A DNA stretch of 32,003 nt from a virus (IMGVR_UViG_3300012940_000073:1-32003), one strand, 5' to 3'. Numbered from the stretch's first letter, positions 16,187 to 25,601 are shown. Program-made: numbers and translations. The notes: generated by a model not told the origin, from the sequence alone.

Positions 16187-17938
16187 ATGGCCGAGCTGCG
16201 CGTTCCGCAAGTTGATTTTTCCTGGATTTCGGAACTCCCTCAAAAGTACCGGCAAGCCACCAAAGAGATGACGCTTGCCGATATCGGCAGAGGGATAGCA
16301 GAGGGCACGATTGACTATAAGCAGGCCGGCGCGAAGCTCGCGGGGCTTGGTGACTTGAATACCGGGCTCTCGCTTATCCGGCTTGGCGAACAGCAAAAGG
16401 CCGGCAGTGACTTCATGTCCGCCATCGCCAGCATGTACGGTGGCCAAAGTCCGACGCAGACGGCCCAGCGGCCGGCCGCGCCGCAGGCCTCGACAAGCAA
16501 CAAAATTTACGACGCCAATGAGCCGTCCCCGCTTGACCCGCCTTCCGGCGCTGACCGCGATATGGCGATCAGGACGGTTTACGGTGAGGACCCGGGGCAG
16601 TCTGCCCTTGCCGTCGCCAACGTCATCCGCAACCGTGCCGTTGCCGGCAATTACGGCGGCGATAATGTGCCCTCCGTGGTGCTCGCTAAAGGTCAATTCG
16701 AGCCGTGGGCGGACCCGGCAGCACGCGCGCGGATGGCCAGTCTTCAGCCGGGATCCCCCGAGTACGAGCGCATCGGCAAGATCGTTGATAGCGCTTACAC
16801 GGGCGCAAACGACCCGACGAATGGCGCGACGCATTTTTACGCGCCCAAGGCGCAAGCCGCGCTCGGCAGGTCGGCCCCCGCTTGGGCGGCCGGCCCCGGT
16901 CAGGAAATCGGGCCGCACCGTTTCTATGGCGCGCCCGGCGGGGGGCAGCCGGCCGATAATGCGGTCTTGCCGCAGGGCGCAACGCCCGCCGGCCCCGCCT
17001 CCGCGCAGCCGAGCCAGGGCGGCCTGGATGTCTCGCCGCGCATTTTGCAGCTTCTCTCGGCTGTCGCGAATCCCATGCTCCCGGATGGGCAAAAGGAGGT
17101 CGCTAAGACGCTGCTTTCCCGCGAGCTCGACAACTCGAAGCTGCCCGACCCGGTTAAGCAGTATCTGTTCGCCAAGGGGCAGGGCTTCGCTGGCACTTTC
17201 GTTGACTACCAACTCGCCATCCGAAAGGCGGGCGCGACAAACGTCACCGTGGACCAGAAGGGCGAGACCAAGTTCGAGGAAGAATTCGGCAAGAAGCAGG
17301 CCGACCGGTACACGAAGTACATGGACGCCGCCGACGCCGCGCGCCGCAAGATGGTGGACATCAACACCATGCGTGAGATTTCGACGCGGCTCGGCACGCA
17401 GGGCGCGGTTGCTGGCATCAAAGAGGCGATTGGCCCGTATGCCGATGCTCTCGGCGTCAACATCGATGGCCTTTCAGACATCCAGGCCTATACGCAGGTC
17501 ATCCAGCGGCTTGCGCCGCAGCAACGCGCGCCGGGCTCCGGCAGCACGTCGGACATCGAATTCAAGGGCTTCCTCAAGTCCCTGCCGGGACTGAGCCAAA
17601 ACCCCGCCGCGCGGGAAGTGGGCCTGAACACGATGGAGGCTCTGGCGCGGGACGACATCGCTCGCGGCGAGATTGCCTCGCGACTTGCGACGGGCGAAAT
17701 CAAGCGGGCCGAGGCCGAAAAGCAGTTGCGTGACTTGCCCGACCCGATGAAGGGCTTTGTGGAATGGCGCAAGGCCAACCCGCAAATGTATGGCCAGGCC
17801 CTCAAAGGCGAAGCGGTGAAACAATCGGCCCCTAACCGACAGCAGGCCGATCAGCCGCCGTTACCGGGGGCGCAGCGCGCGCCGGATGGCAAGTACTACA
17901 TCCAACGCGACGGTCAGTGGTTCCGGGTGGAGCAATAA
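16187..17938 (+). CDS. DNA ejection protein 2 with SleB/Hydrolase_2 cell-wall hydrolase domain
   Basis: IRTVYGE...AVANVIRNR...VVLAKGQFEPW...DPTNGATHFY...IGPHRFY. Confidence 0.85.
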   Translation: MAELRVPQVDFSWISELPQKYRQATKEMTLADIGRGIAEGTIDYKQAGAKLAGLGDLNTGLSLIRLGEQQKAGSDFMSAIASMYGGQSPTQTAQRPAAPQASTSNKIYDANEPSPLDPPSGADRDMAIRTVYGEDPGQSALAVANVIRNRAVAGNYGGDNVPSVVLAKGQFEPWADPAARARMASLQPGSPEYERIGKIVDSAYTGANDPTNGATHFYAPKAQAALGRSAPAWAAGPGQEIGPHRFYGAPGGGQPADNAVLPQGATPAGPASAQPSQGGLDVSPRILQLLSAVANPMLPDGQKEVAKTLLSRELDNSKLPDPVKQYLFAKGQGFAGTFVDYQLAIRKAGATNVTVDQKGETKFEEEFGKKQADRYTKYMDAADAARRKMVDINTMREISTRLGTQGAVAGIKEAIGPYADALGVNIDGLSDIQAYTQVIQRLAPQQRAPGSGSTSDIEFKGFLKSLPGLSQNPAAREVGLNTMEALARDDIARGEIASRLATGEIKRAEAEKQLRDLPDPMKGFVEWRKANPQMYGQALKGEAVKQSAPNRQQADQPPLPGAQRAPDGKYYIQRDGQWFRVEQ

Positions 17939-20022
17939 TGGCAACGCTGGTCCCGGTAGACTTTGACCCCTTCGCGGCAGCCGCTAGCCCGGCGGCTGAC
18001 GGCGTGTTGAGGCTCACGATCCAGAAGCAGCCGAAGCTTGTGCCGGTGGACCATGATCCGTTCGCGCCGAAGATGGGTGTGGGCGAAGACGTGCTGAGGT
18101 CGGTCGGTGCGGGCCTGGTCAAAGGCACAGCGGCGGTTGCCGGCCTGCCGGATGCTGTAGATCGCTTCACGAATTGGCTTGCTGAGCAGGGAGTCGGCCG
18201 CGCCACGAGCGCTATCAAGTCCGGAGGCGTGGACTGGTCCATGCCGGAGCGCACTCCGGCGCAGGAAGCGGCAGTGACGGCGCGCGAGGAATCGCGGGCG
18301 GTCAGCTTCCCGAGTACCGAGACGGTTCAATCGAACATTGAATCCGTCACGGGCCCGGTGCATGAGCCTCAGACGAAGTGGGGTGAATATGCCCGGGGGG
18401 CCGCTGAGTTCGTCCCTGGCACCCTGATGGCCCCTGGCGGCGGTATGGTATCGAACGCCATCCGATATGGCGTGGTGCCCGGGCTGGCCTCTGAGGCAGC
18501 CGGGCAGGCGACAAAGGGCACCGCGTATGAGCCGTATGCTCGCGTCGGCGGGGCTCTAGCCGGTGCCGGCGCCAGTGCTGTGCTGTCTCGCCCCGGCACC
18601 GCTGCAAAAGCCATTCGAGCGCAGCTACCGGAAGGCGTCACGCCCCAGATGGTGGATCAGGCGGGCGCTTTGATCGATCGCGCGGCACAACAGGGCATTG
18701 CGCTCGCTTGGCCGGAGGCCTTGAGCCAGGTCGCAGGGCGGCCGGTGCTGACCAACGTCATGCGCCATCTTGAGGCTGCCCCACAAACCGAAGCGACCAT
18801 GGCGGAGTTCTTCGGGCAGCGCGCGCAACAGGTCGAGAGCGCCGGCAGGCAGGCGATGGGCCGTATCGCGCCACCCAATCATGCGCCGTCGTCCATTGGG
18901 CCGGCGGTCGGGCAGGCAGCGGAGGGCGTGGTCAACGATGTGCGCGGCGCAATTAACCGCGCGTCCGACCCCCTTTACAAGGCGGCAGAGGCGGCCCGCC
19001 TTTCGCCCCAAGAGATGGCGCGCGTCACCGCTCATCCGGGCTGGCCGGAAGCGCGCAACGCGGTGCGGAGCGACCCGCAGCTTAATCGGTATGTGGCCCA
19101 TCTGCCCGACGATAGCGTTGGCTTCCTGAACGAGGTCAAGAAGTACCTGGACGCAGCTGCCGAAAACGCGGGCGCTCCGGTTAACGTGCAGCGCAATATG
19201 CAGCGCGCCGCTGGATACGGGCGCGACGCAGAGGCGGTACGGGACGCTGCACGGCGCGCGTCTCCCCAATACGGGCAGGCGCTCGACCTGCAAGCCCGGG
19301 CGCGTGAGCAGTTCTTGCAGCCGCTACTCAACGGCCCCATTGGGCGGCTCGCCAAGCACGATCTTTCGACCAAAAAGGCGATTGACGCCTTGTTCCCGGC
19401 AAACCCCTTGCCGAACAGCGCGCAGGAAATCGGCCAAACGGTTGGGCAACTCGCGCAGCGTAGTCCGCGCGTCGCATCGGATTTGGTGCGGGCGCATGTG
19501 GAGAGCGTGTTCAACGAAACGACGCAGGCGCTGCAAAGTGGCGCGAACCAGGCGGGCGGCGCGAAGTTTGCCAGTGTGCTCACCGGCAACCCACAGCAGC
19601 GCGCCAATCTGGAGGCGGCTATCAAGGCGCTGCCGAACGGCGCCGAGCGCCTGGCCGGCTTCAACCGGTTTCTTGAGGTCGTCCAGGCCACGGGCACGAG
19701 ACAGAACGTCGGCAGCCGCACCGCCTACAACGCCGAAATGCTGAGGGACCAAGCCGCAAGTGGGTTGCTGGGTGAGGGCTCCAAGGCGCTCGCCAATCCG
19801 CTCAAGGGCGCGCAATTCCTCGCGGACAAGTACGAGCGCTGGAAGCTCGGCCGGAACCTGAACGAACTAGCGACGATCCTGACCAGCCCGCAAAGTGCCA
19901 ATCAGCTTCGCGCCATCGCCAGGATGCCGGCCGGCTCTCGGCGGGCCGAGGCGGCCGCTCTCCGGATCGTCAATCTCACGCGCGTCCCGCTTGCGGACGA
20001 TCCGGTTGCAAAGGCGAATTGA
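17938..20022 (+). CDS. DNA ejection protein 3 (P22 gp16 position)
   Basis: 694 aa Ala/Gly-rich helical protein; TAATG coupling; synteny. Confidence 0.8.
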   Translation: MATLVPVDFDPFAAAASPAADGVLRLTIQKQPKLVPVDHDPFAPKMGVGEDVLRSVGAGLVKGTAAVAGLPDAVDRFTNWLAEQGVGRATSAIKSGGVDWSMPERTPAQEAAVTAREESRAVSFPSTETVQSNIESVTGPVHEPQTKWGEYARGAAEFVPGTLMAPGGGMVSNAIRYGVVPGLASEAAGQATKGTAYEPYARVGGALAGAGASAVLSRPGTAAKAIRAQLPEGVTPQMVDQAGALIDRAAQQGIALAWPEALSQVAGRPVLTNVMRHLEAAPQTEATMAEFFGQRAQQVESAGRQAMGRIAPPNHAPSSIGPAVGQAAEGVVNDVRGAINRASDPLYKAAEAARLSPQEMARVTAHPGWPEARNAVRSDPQLNRYVAHLPDDSVGFLNEVKKYLDAAAENAGAPVNVQRNMQRAAGYGRDAEAVRDAARRASPQYGQALDLQARAREQFLQPLLNGPIGRLAKHDLSTKKAIDALFPANPLPNSAQEIGQTVGQLAQRSPRVASDLVRAHVESVFNETTQALQSGANQAGGAKFASVLTGNPQQRANLEAAIKALPNGAERLAGFNRFLEVVQATGTRQNVGSRTAYNAEMLRDQAASGLLGEGSKALANPLKGAQFLADKYERWKLGRNLNELATILTSPQSANQLRAIARMPAGSRRAEAAALRIVNLTRVPLADDPVAKAN

Positions 20023-20163
20023 AGCGGCGGCAAAGACGAGGGCCGCTGCGAATCCCACGACAATCGCGCCGGGCAGTAGGTCCGGCCGACCACCTTCTAT
20101 CGTCAGCCACATGAAGGCGAAAACGATAGCGATCTGAATTCCGTACCACGGCAATTGTTTCAT
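19867..20163 (-). CDS. Counter-oriented two-TM membrane protein (moron)
   Basis: MKQLPWYGIQIAIVFAFMWL...GAIVVGFAAALVFAAA fills the gap between the gp16-like gene and the terminator; no clear RBS. Confidence 0.6.
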   Translation of the reverse strand: MKQLPWYGIQIAIVFAFMWLTIEGGRPDLLPGAIVVGFAAALVFAAASIRLCNRIVRKRDAREIDDPESGRLGPPRAGRHPGDGAKLIGTLRAGQDRR

Positions 20164-20178
20164 CGCAGAGCCAATCCG

Positions 20179-20205
20179 AGCCGCCGCAGGGCGGCTTTTT
20201 TTATT
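20179..20205 (+). terminator. Intrinsic terminator
   Basis: AGCCGCC-GCAG-GGCGGCT followed by a T run. Confidence 0.85.
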
Positions 20206-20216
20206 GAGGCCGTCGA

Positions 20217-21188
20217 ATGGCAGGACTCGCAGCGATCAGCTTGCAGCAAAGAACGGATCGGAACGGCAGGCCGTTCCCCGGCGCCAAGGCCTATTTCTAC
20301 GAGGCCGACAGCCTGTTGCCGCTGACCGTTTTCCAAGACTACTCGCTCGGTATCGCGCATCCAAATCCTGTCGTGGCGGACGCCTATGGCGTGTTTCCGC
20401 CGATCTTTCTGGACGAGGCGGACGAATTCTACCGCGTTCGGATCACCACATCCAGTGGCCTCATTCTGACCGATCTGACGACGCTGCCGATCATCGGCCC
20501 GTCCGGCGGCGGCGGCGGCTCCGAAACGCCGGTTGACCCGAACGCGCTGTTCAAGACCGGCGACGTGATGTGGCTCGACCAGTCCGGCTCTCGGCCAGGC
20601 TGGGTGCGTGACAACGGGCGGACCATCGGGTCCACGGTGAGCGGCGCGTCGGAGCGCGCAAACTCCGATTGTGAGGGCCTGTTCACGTTCCTTTGGCAAA
20701 ACTTCTCCGACACCATTTGCCCAGTCACGGGCGGGCGCGGCGCTTCGGCGGCGGCCGATTGGGCCGCCAATAAACCGATAGGGACGCCAGACAAGCGCGG
20801 TCGCAGCCCGATTGGGCTCGACACCATGGGGAATAGCGCGGCCAACCGTTTCACGAGCGTGCCGTTCACTTTGGGTGACGCTTCGACTGCCGGGTCGCTT
20901 GGTGGCGAGTCATCGCACATCATCACTGTCGATGAAATGCCCCAACATAACCACGGCGGCCTCACGGGCGGCCAGACGGCGGACCACACCCACACTGTCG
21001 CCTCGGCTACCTTCTCCGGCTTTACTGGGCCATCTGAAGGCGGCGCCGTTGGGGGCACCTCGGATGTCACGCGCACTTCTAGTGGCGCGAGCAATGACCA
21101 CCAACACAGCATCGCGATCCAGGGCAGCTACGCCCCCCACAATACGACACACCTGATCGTGACCGGCACGTTCTACCGGAAGCTCTGA
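20217..21188 (+). CDS. Tail fibre anchor protein with tail-collar-like domain
   Basis: N-terminal GAKAYFY...NPVVADAYGVFPPIFL head-binding-like segment; FKTGDV...GWVRDNG...PDKRGR...GGESSH...EMPQHNH collar-type motifs. Confidence 0.8.
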   Translation: MAGLAAISLQQRTDRNGRPFPGAKAYFYEADSLLPLTVFQDYSLGIAHPNPVVADAYGVFPPIFLDEADEFYRVRITTSSGLILTDLTTLPIIGPSGGGGGSETPVDPNALFKTGDVMWLDQSGSRPGWVRDNGRTIGSTVSGASERANSDCEGLFTFLWQNFSDTICPVTGGRGASAAADWAANKPIGTPDKRGRSPIGLDTMGNSAANRFTSVPFTLGDASTAGSLGGESSHIITVDEMPQHNHGGLTGGQTADHTHTVASATFSGFTGPSEGGAVGGTSDVTRTSSGASNDHQHSIAIQGSYAPHNTTHLIVTGTFYRKL

Positions 21189-21195
21189 GGTCATC

Positions 21196-21540
21196 ATGTA
21201 CATCGGATCCTTTGATCCCGTCTCGAACCGGGCCGGGCAGGAATTCATATTCGAGGCCATCGATGATGAGACGGATGAGCCTGTAGACCTGTCGAGTGCG
21301 GACATCGTTCTTGAAATCCGCGATCCGGCGTCGCGCTCGACGGTTCTTTCCGCCACAACGGCGAACGGGAAGGTGACCGCTATCGATACCGGCACGTTCC
21401 GCGCGTCGTTCTCCAGCGCAGACATGCGCGCTCTTTGCGCCAAGCAATACGAAGTCGGCTGCACCATCACGAACGGCGATGGCGGGCCCGTGCAATTCAT
21501 TATCGGCACGTTGCCGGTGCTTGATGGGGTGGTCCGCTAA
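21196..21540 (+). CDS. Small beta-sandwich virion protein (tail fibre adaptor)
   Basis: GAGG RBS; PVDLSSADIVLEIR motif; between fibre genes. Confidence 0.7.
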   Translation: MYIGSFDPVSNRAGQEFIFEAIDDETDEPVDLSSADIVLEIRDPASRSTVLSATTANGKVTAIDTGTFRASFSSADMRALCAKQYEVGCTITNGDGGPVQFIIGTLPVLDGVVR

Positions 21541-22937
21541 TGGCACTCAAGCTTAGGGCGAAAATTGCATTTCCGACGCGGGTTGACGGCAACAATGGCA
21601 TCACCGTCACGCGCACAAATGGCGTCTGGACCGTCGGCTTCGACTTTACACAACTCACCCCTGTCCTTGTATCTGACCCAAGCCAAAAGCTCCTCTATAT
21701 CTACGATACGGTTTTGCGTCAGTACAACACCATCACCCTTGGAGACGCGGTTACCTCTTTCAATGCCGGCGTCACGATCAACGCGGGTGACGGTCTCACG
21801 GGCGGCGGCGATCTTTCGGCGTCGCGCACCCTGGCGGTCGGCGCTGGTGCCGGTATTACCGTGAACGAAGACGACGTTGCGATCAGCGCAATTCCAACCA
21901 GCCGGCTGTTTGCCAACATCTCCGGAGACTCGGCTGCGCCATCCGCCAACACCCTGAGCGCGGTCCTTGACGCGATTATCGGAAGCACGCAGGGCGCACT
22001 CATCACGCGCAGCAGCACGGGTTGGACCAAGCTCGACCCTGGCACGAACGGCTACTTCCTCAAGAGCCAGGGGAGCGGGGCGGACCTCGCATTTGCCGCC
22101 ATTCCCGGCGGCGGTGACATGCTCGCTGCCAACAATCTCTCGGACGTTGCGAGCGTCGCCACGGCGCGCGCCAATCTCAACGTTTCGAGTCGGGGCCATC
22201 TGTACGGCCTGGCGCTATCGACTGCCGGCTCTTCGTCCACATTCTCGATAGCCGCTGGCTCCGCCTACGACAACGCAAACGACGCCCTAATGACCCTTGC
22301 GTCGTCCCTATCGAAGACGACCAGCGCATGGGCTGTCGGCAATGCTAACGGCGGCCTCGACACCGGGTCCATCGCGAACAACACGTGGTACCACGTCTAT
22401 CTCATCAAGCGGGCGGACACGGGGGTGGTGGACGCTCTTATCTCCCTCAGCGCGTCGGCGCCGACCTTGCCGACAAACTACACGCTGTCGCGTCGGATCG
22501 GCTCGCTGAAAACGAATGGCTCGGCGCAGTGGACGGCATTCACGCAGGTTGGCGACGAATTTATCTGGTCCAACATGGTCCTAGATGTGTCTGCCGCCAA
22601 TCCAGGCACCTCCGCCGTCACTCGCGCGCTTTCCGTGCCTACAGGCGTGGTGGTGTGGGCGAAGGTTCGCGCGATCTTGCGCAACAGCTCGACTGGCGTT
22701 GCCCCGTTCCTGTTGCTGTCTTCGCTCGATAGCATTGACACGACACCCGACGTTGCCGGAGCTGCGAGCGCGCCCATGTCCTACAATGGCGCTGGCGGCG
22801 TCACTGGCGGCGGTCTTGAGCTTACGATCCGCACGAACACAAGCGCACAGATCAGGTCGCGCATTTCGGCCTCTGACCCAAGCTGCACGCTCTACATCAA
22901 CACCTATGGCTGGACTGACCGCAGGGGACGCGACTGA
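21540..22937 (+). CDS. Tail fibre / receptor-binding protein
   Basis: AGDGLTGGGDLS, NNLSDVASVATARANLNV, NTWYHVYLI...RRIGS motifs; Ser/Thr/Gly-rich. Confidence 0.82.
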   Translation: MALKLRAKIAFPTRVDGNNGITVTRTNGVWTVGFDFTQLTPVLVSDPSQKLLYIYDTVLRQYNTITLGDAVTSFNAGVTINAGDGLTGGGDLSASRTLAVGAGAGITVNEDDVAISAIPTSRLFANISGDSAAPSANTLSAVLDAIIGSTQGALITRSSTGWTKLDPGTNGYFLKSQGSGADLAFAAIPGGGDMLAANNLSDVASVATARANLNVSSRGHLYGLALSTAGSSSTFSIAAGSAYDNANDALMTLASSLSKTTSAWAVGNANGGLDTGSIANNTWYHVYLIKRADTGVVDALISLSASAPTLPTNYTLSRRIGSLKTNGSAQWTAFTQVGDEFIWSNMVLDVSAANPGTSAVTRALSVPTGVVVWAKVRAILRNSSTGVAPFLLLSSLDSIDTTPDVAGAASAPMSYNGAGGVTGGGLELTIRTNTSAQIRSRISASDPSCTLYINTYGWTDRRGRD

Positions 22938-23350
22938 TGCCGTATGTTGAACGCGACGAGCAAGGCGCTATCAAGGGCGTCTATGCGAACCTTCAGCCGG
23001 GCTACGCCGAGGAACAGGTTGACGATCAAGACGCGGGCGTCTTGGCCTTCCTCGCCAAAGCCTACGTGCCGCCGATCATTTCCGACCGGCAGTTCTTCCA
23101 GGGGCTCGCTATTGCCGGCATGATCTCAGAGGACGAAGCGGAAGACGCTGTAGGCCCCGGCATCATTCCCCCGCCGATGATGGCGCTCATCGATCAGTTG
23201 CCGGAGGAGGATCGGTTCGCGGCTCGGATGAAGCTGCGCGGCGCAACGCAGTTCTTGCGGCACGACGCGCTCACCGAGACGGTACGCGATCTTTACGGGT
23301 GGACCAGCGAGCAAACGGACCAGTTCTGGCACGACTGCGCGGCGCTATGA
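22937..23350 (+). CDS. Tail-fibre-associated protein (assembly chaperone-like)
   Basis: ISDRQFFQGL...ATQFLRHD...QTDQFW..AAL; TGATG-coupled to the fibre gene. Confidence 0.7.
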   Translation: MPYVERDEQGAIKGVYANLQPGYAEEQVDDQDAGVLAFLAKAYVPPIISDRQFFQGLAIAGMISEDEAEDAVGPGIIPPPMMALIDQLPEEDRFAARMKLRGATQFLRHDALTETVRDLYGWTSEQTDQFWHDCAAL

Positions 23351-23367
23351 CGCCATCCTGCGGCGCA

Positions 23368-24276
23368 TCAGGTGAATGAAAACCTGTCTTCGAAATAGCC
23401 TTCTCTCAGAGGCCAGGGCAAACGCTCTCTCTGAGTGAGTGAGAAGAACAGCAGCGCTAACATATTAAAAGAAACGACCCTGCGCCGCTTGGTGTTGATG
23501 GACAGGAAGGCATCGGCATTCCTGCGCACCCAGATCGCGTAGCGTGCCGCAGATGAAAAATCCATTTCGACGATGGAGTCGGCATTAAGGGCGAGCGAGT
23601 ACTGGCGTGGCGAGCGCTTCACGTCGCCGAAGGTCATCAACCGAATGCGGTCTCCCGGCGGAAACTCATCCGTCTGGAACCAGATGGCGTCGGGACCAGC
23701 CGACGCGCCAAGGAAGCAAGCCTGCGCGACGATGCCCATGGGCAAGTCAACCGTGGTGTAGTCACGAATGCCGAGCTGTCTGGCGTGCAGCGCGACGCGG
23801 CCGAGGCCGGGCCCAATCTCAATCACGGGCCCCGTCGCCAGGGCCCTAACGCGCATCGCCTGCGCGGCCGAGAGTATCGCCCTGTAAGAAGCGACGCCAT
23901 GCCCGGTGTCAAAGCCGCATTCGCCCTTGAAGGGGTTTGGGAAAGCAAAGCGTTTCGTGTGTAGATCGGCGGCGGTGAACAAGTGCTCCGCCTGTGAGGC
24001 GAGGCCGGCAGCCGCGTTCTCATCTACCGGAACTGAACGGCATAGGTTGTCTACGCCGTAGAACAGGTCTGTGGATCCTGGGTCGCTGAAAATGGCCCGC
24101 AAGCGAGTGTGATCCTCAGCCATCAAGGCGGCGTGTACATCGGCTTGGCGGGTACCGATGGCGCCCCAGATTGACCGCCTTGGCGGCGGGCCGTCCCTCA
24201 GCAGGGCGTGGCGATAGGCGCGTTTAACGCGCGCCAGGAAGACATCCTCTGGTTGCCAATTGGTCCCGGGGGTCAT
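23368..24276 (-). CDS. SAM-dependent putative sugar O-methyltransferase (moron)
   Basis: VIEIGPGLGR SAM motif, YTTVDLP, LALNADSIVEMD; resembles TIGR04371-type proteins; opposite strand with its own promoter. Confidence 0.8.
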   Translation of the reverse strand: MTPGTNWQPEDVFLARVKRAYRHALLRDGPPPRRSIWGAIGTRQADVHAALMAEDHTRLRAIFSDPGSTDLFYGVDNLCRSVPVDENAAAGLASQAEHLFTAADLHTKRFAFPNPFKGECGFDTGHGVASYRAILSAAQAMRVRALATGPVIEIGPGLGRVALHARQLGIRDYTTVDLPMGIVAQACFLGASAGPDAIWFQTDEFPPGDRIRLMTFGDVKRSPRQYSLALNADSIVEMDFSSAARYAIWVRRNADAFLSINTKRRRVVSFNMLALLFFSLTQRERLPWPLREGYFEDRFSFT

Positions 24277-24310
24277 TCTGCGATTGTAATACGAAACTTA
24301 CCGCCTGCAA
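24277..24310 (-). promoter_or_regulatory. Sigma70-type promoter giving a leaderless methyltransferase mRNA
   Basis: TTGCAG(24310-24305)-16 bp-TACAAT(24288-24283)-6 nt-ATG; no RBS. Confidence 0.7.
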
Positions 24311-24311
24311 T

Positions 24312-24334
24312 AGCCGCCTCCGGGCGGCTTTTTT
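24312..24334 (+). terminator. Intrinsic terminator
   Basis: AGCCGCC-TCCG-GGCGGCT followed by a T run. Confidence 0.85.
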
Positions 24335-24349
24335 CATGAGGAGCCTCAG

Positions 24350-24544
24350 ATGTTTATCGTCCCTGGCCTGATCGCTCTCGCGGTCGGGGCGCTCATCGCG
24401 TTTTGCTTCGGTTGGGAGGCCTTTCGCGAGTGGTGCGCGAGAATCGAGACCCGGGAGGAGGCGCGGGAGTTCGCCTTCGACGTGGCGGGCGCGGTGTGCG
24501 GCCTGTGCGTCATCGCCACGGCCATCCGCTCGCTGGTGATGTGA
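24350..24544 (+). CDS. Small two-TM membrane protein heading the lysis cassette
   Basis: GAGGAG RBS; two hydrophobic helices. Confidence 0.7.
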   Translation: MFIVPGLIALAVGALIAFCFGWEAFREWCARIETREEAREFAFDVAGAVCGLCVIATAIRSLVM

Positions 24545-24747
24545 TGGCGCTCATCCCGGACTGGAAGCAGTCGCATCGGCTCTGGAGCGTGCGCCTTGCC
24601 ATCCTATGGGGCGCACTCAACGGCGGCGTCATCGCGCTCGCGGTCTTTGCCGACATCATCAACCCGTACGTCTTCCTCACGCTCAACGTGGTCGGCTATG
24701 CGGCCATCGCCTTGGCGCGAGTGACGAAGCAGCCCGGCCTCGACTAA
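24544..24747 (+). CDS. Holin-like protein
   Basis: MALIPDWKQSHRLWSVRLA...ARVTKQ, two TM segments; TGATG coupling; directly before the endolysin. Confidence 0.75.
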   Translation: MALIPDWKQSHRLWSVRLAILWGALNGGVIALAVFADIINPYVFLTLNVVGYAAIALARVTKQPGLD

Positions 24748-25220
24748 TGGCGATCAAGAAAAAGCACCTAACCGCCGGGGCAGTGGCTGCGGCGGCGGCC
24801 TCCCTCGTTGCTGCGTGGGAGGGCTACTACGGCAACACCTACCGGGACATCGTGGGCGTGCCGACCGTCTGCTACGGCGAGACTGAGAAGGCGGCCGTAG
24901 AGGCCGGCAGGCAGCGCACCTTCACCAAGGCCGAATGCCTATCGATGCTCCAGCAGTCGCTGAAGAAGTATGACGACGGCTTCATGGCCTGCGTCACGCG
25001 CGACATCCCCGATAGCGTCCACATCGCCGGCATCTCCTTCACCTACAACGTCGGTATCGCGGGCGCGTGTCGCTCCAGCTTCGTCCGCCACATCAACCGA
25101 GGCGATTTTCGCGAAGCCTGCGACGCTCTCCTTATGTGGAATAGGGCTGGGGGGCGTGTGGTGAAGGGCCTCGATAACCGCCGCAAGGCTGAACGCAAAG
25201 TCTGTCTGGAGGGCATCTGA
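24747..25220 (+). CDS. Endolysin, GH24 lysozyme with SAR-like N-terminus
   Basis: Catalytic E-x8-D-x5-T (WEGYYGNTYRDIVGVPTVCYG), FTYNVG, GLDNRRKAE; basic then Ala-rich N-terminus. Confidence 0.93.
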   Translation: MAIKKKHLTAGAVAAAAASLVAAWEGYYGNTYRDIVGVPTVCYGETEKAAVEAGRQRTFTKAECLSMLQQSLKKYDDGFMACVTRDIPDSVHIAGISFTYNVGIAGACRSSFVRHINRGDFREACDALLMWNRAGGRVVKGLDNRRKAERKVCLEGI

Positions 25221-25480
25221 TGGGCGTCATCACCTTCTTGCTGTCGCCGGTTGGCCGCTGGATCGCAGGCGCTCTCGCGATCCTGGCGATCATCGGCGGC
25301 ATCTACTTCAAAGGCCGCATGGACGGGAAGGGCGCCTATCGAAGCCAAGTCGAACGGGAGATTACCGATGCCGTCAGAAAGGGAAACTCAGCTCGTGAAA
25401 AGGCTTTGCGCGATTTCGACAATCTTCCTGATGCCGATACTGCTCGCGGGGTGCCAGACGATGGGTGGAAGCGCCCCTAG
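25220..25480 (+). CDS. Rz-like inner-membrane spanin
   Basis: N-terminal TM segment plus helical periplasmic part; follows the endolysin. Confidence 0.75.
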   Translation: MGVITFLLSPVGRWIAGALAILAIIGGIYFKGRMDGKGAYRSQVEREITDAVRKGNSAREKALRDFDNLPDADTARGVPDDGWKRP

Positions 25481-25601
25481 CGTAGCCTGCGACGTATTCA
25501 AACCCATTACGTGGTCCGAAAAGGACACACGCATCACCGTTCGGCAGATCGTCGGGCACAACGCAGCCGGCAAGAAGATATGTGGCTGGGCAAAAAAATG
25601 A
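25395..25601 (+). CDS. Rz1-like outer-membrane lipoprotein spanin
   Basis: GTG-KR-hydrophobic-LLAGC lipobox; overlaps the Rz 3' end in another frame. Confidence 0.75.
   Translation: MKRLCAISTIFLMPILLAGCQTMGGSAPSVACDVFKPITWSEKDTRITVRQIVGHNAAGKKICGWAKK

Noticed and set aside
15365-17212. 615-aa minus-strand ORF and similar antisense ORFs over portal, capsid and tail genes
   Set aside because: Shadow frames expected from high GC3 codon bias; no RBS or recognisable domains.
20179-24334. Near-identical AGCCGCC hairpins at 20179 and 24312 as mobile-element ends
   Set aside because: Common GC terminator stem with T tails; no target duplication or transposase, though they could still serve as module exchange points.
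25592-25598. A7 tract as a programmed frameshift fusing Rz1 to the next membrane gene
   Set aside because: Explained by Lys codons plus an ATGA overlap; no stimulatory structure seen.
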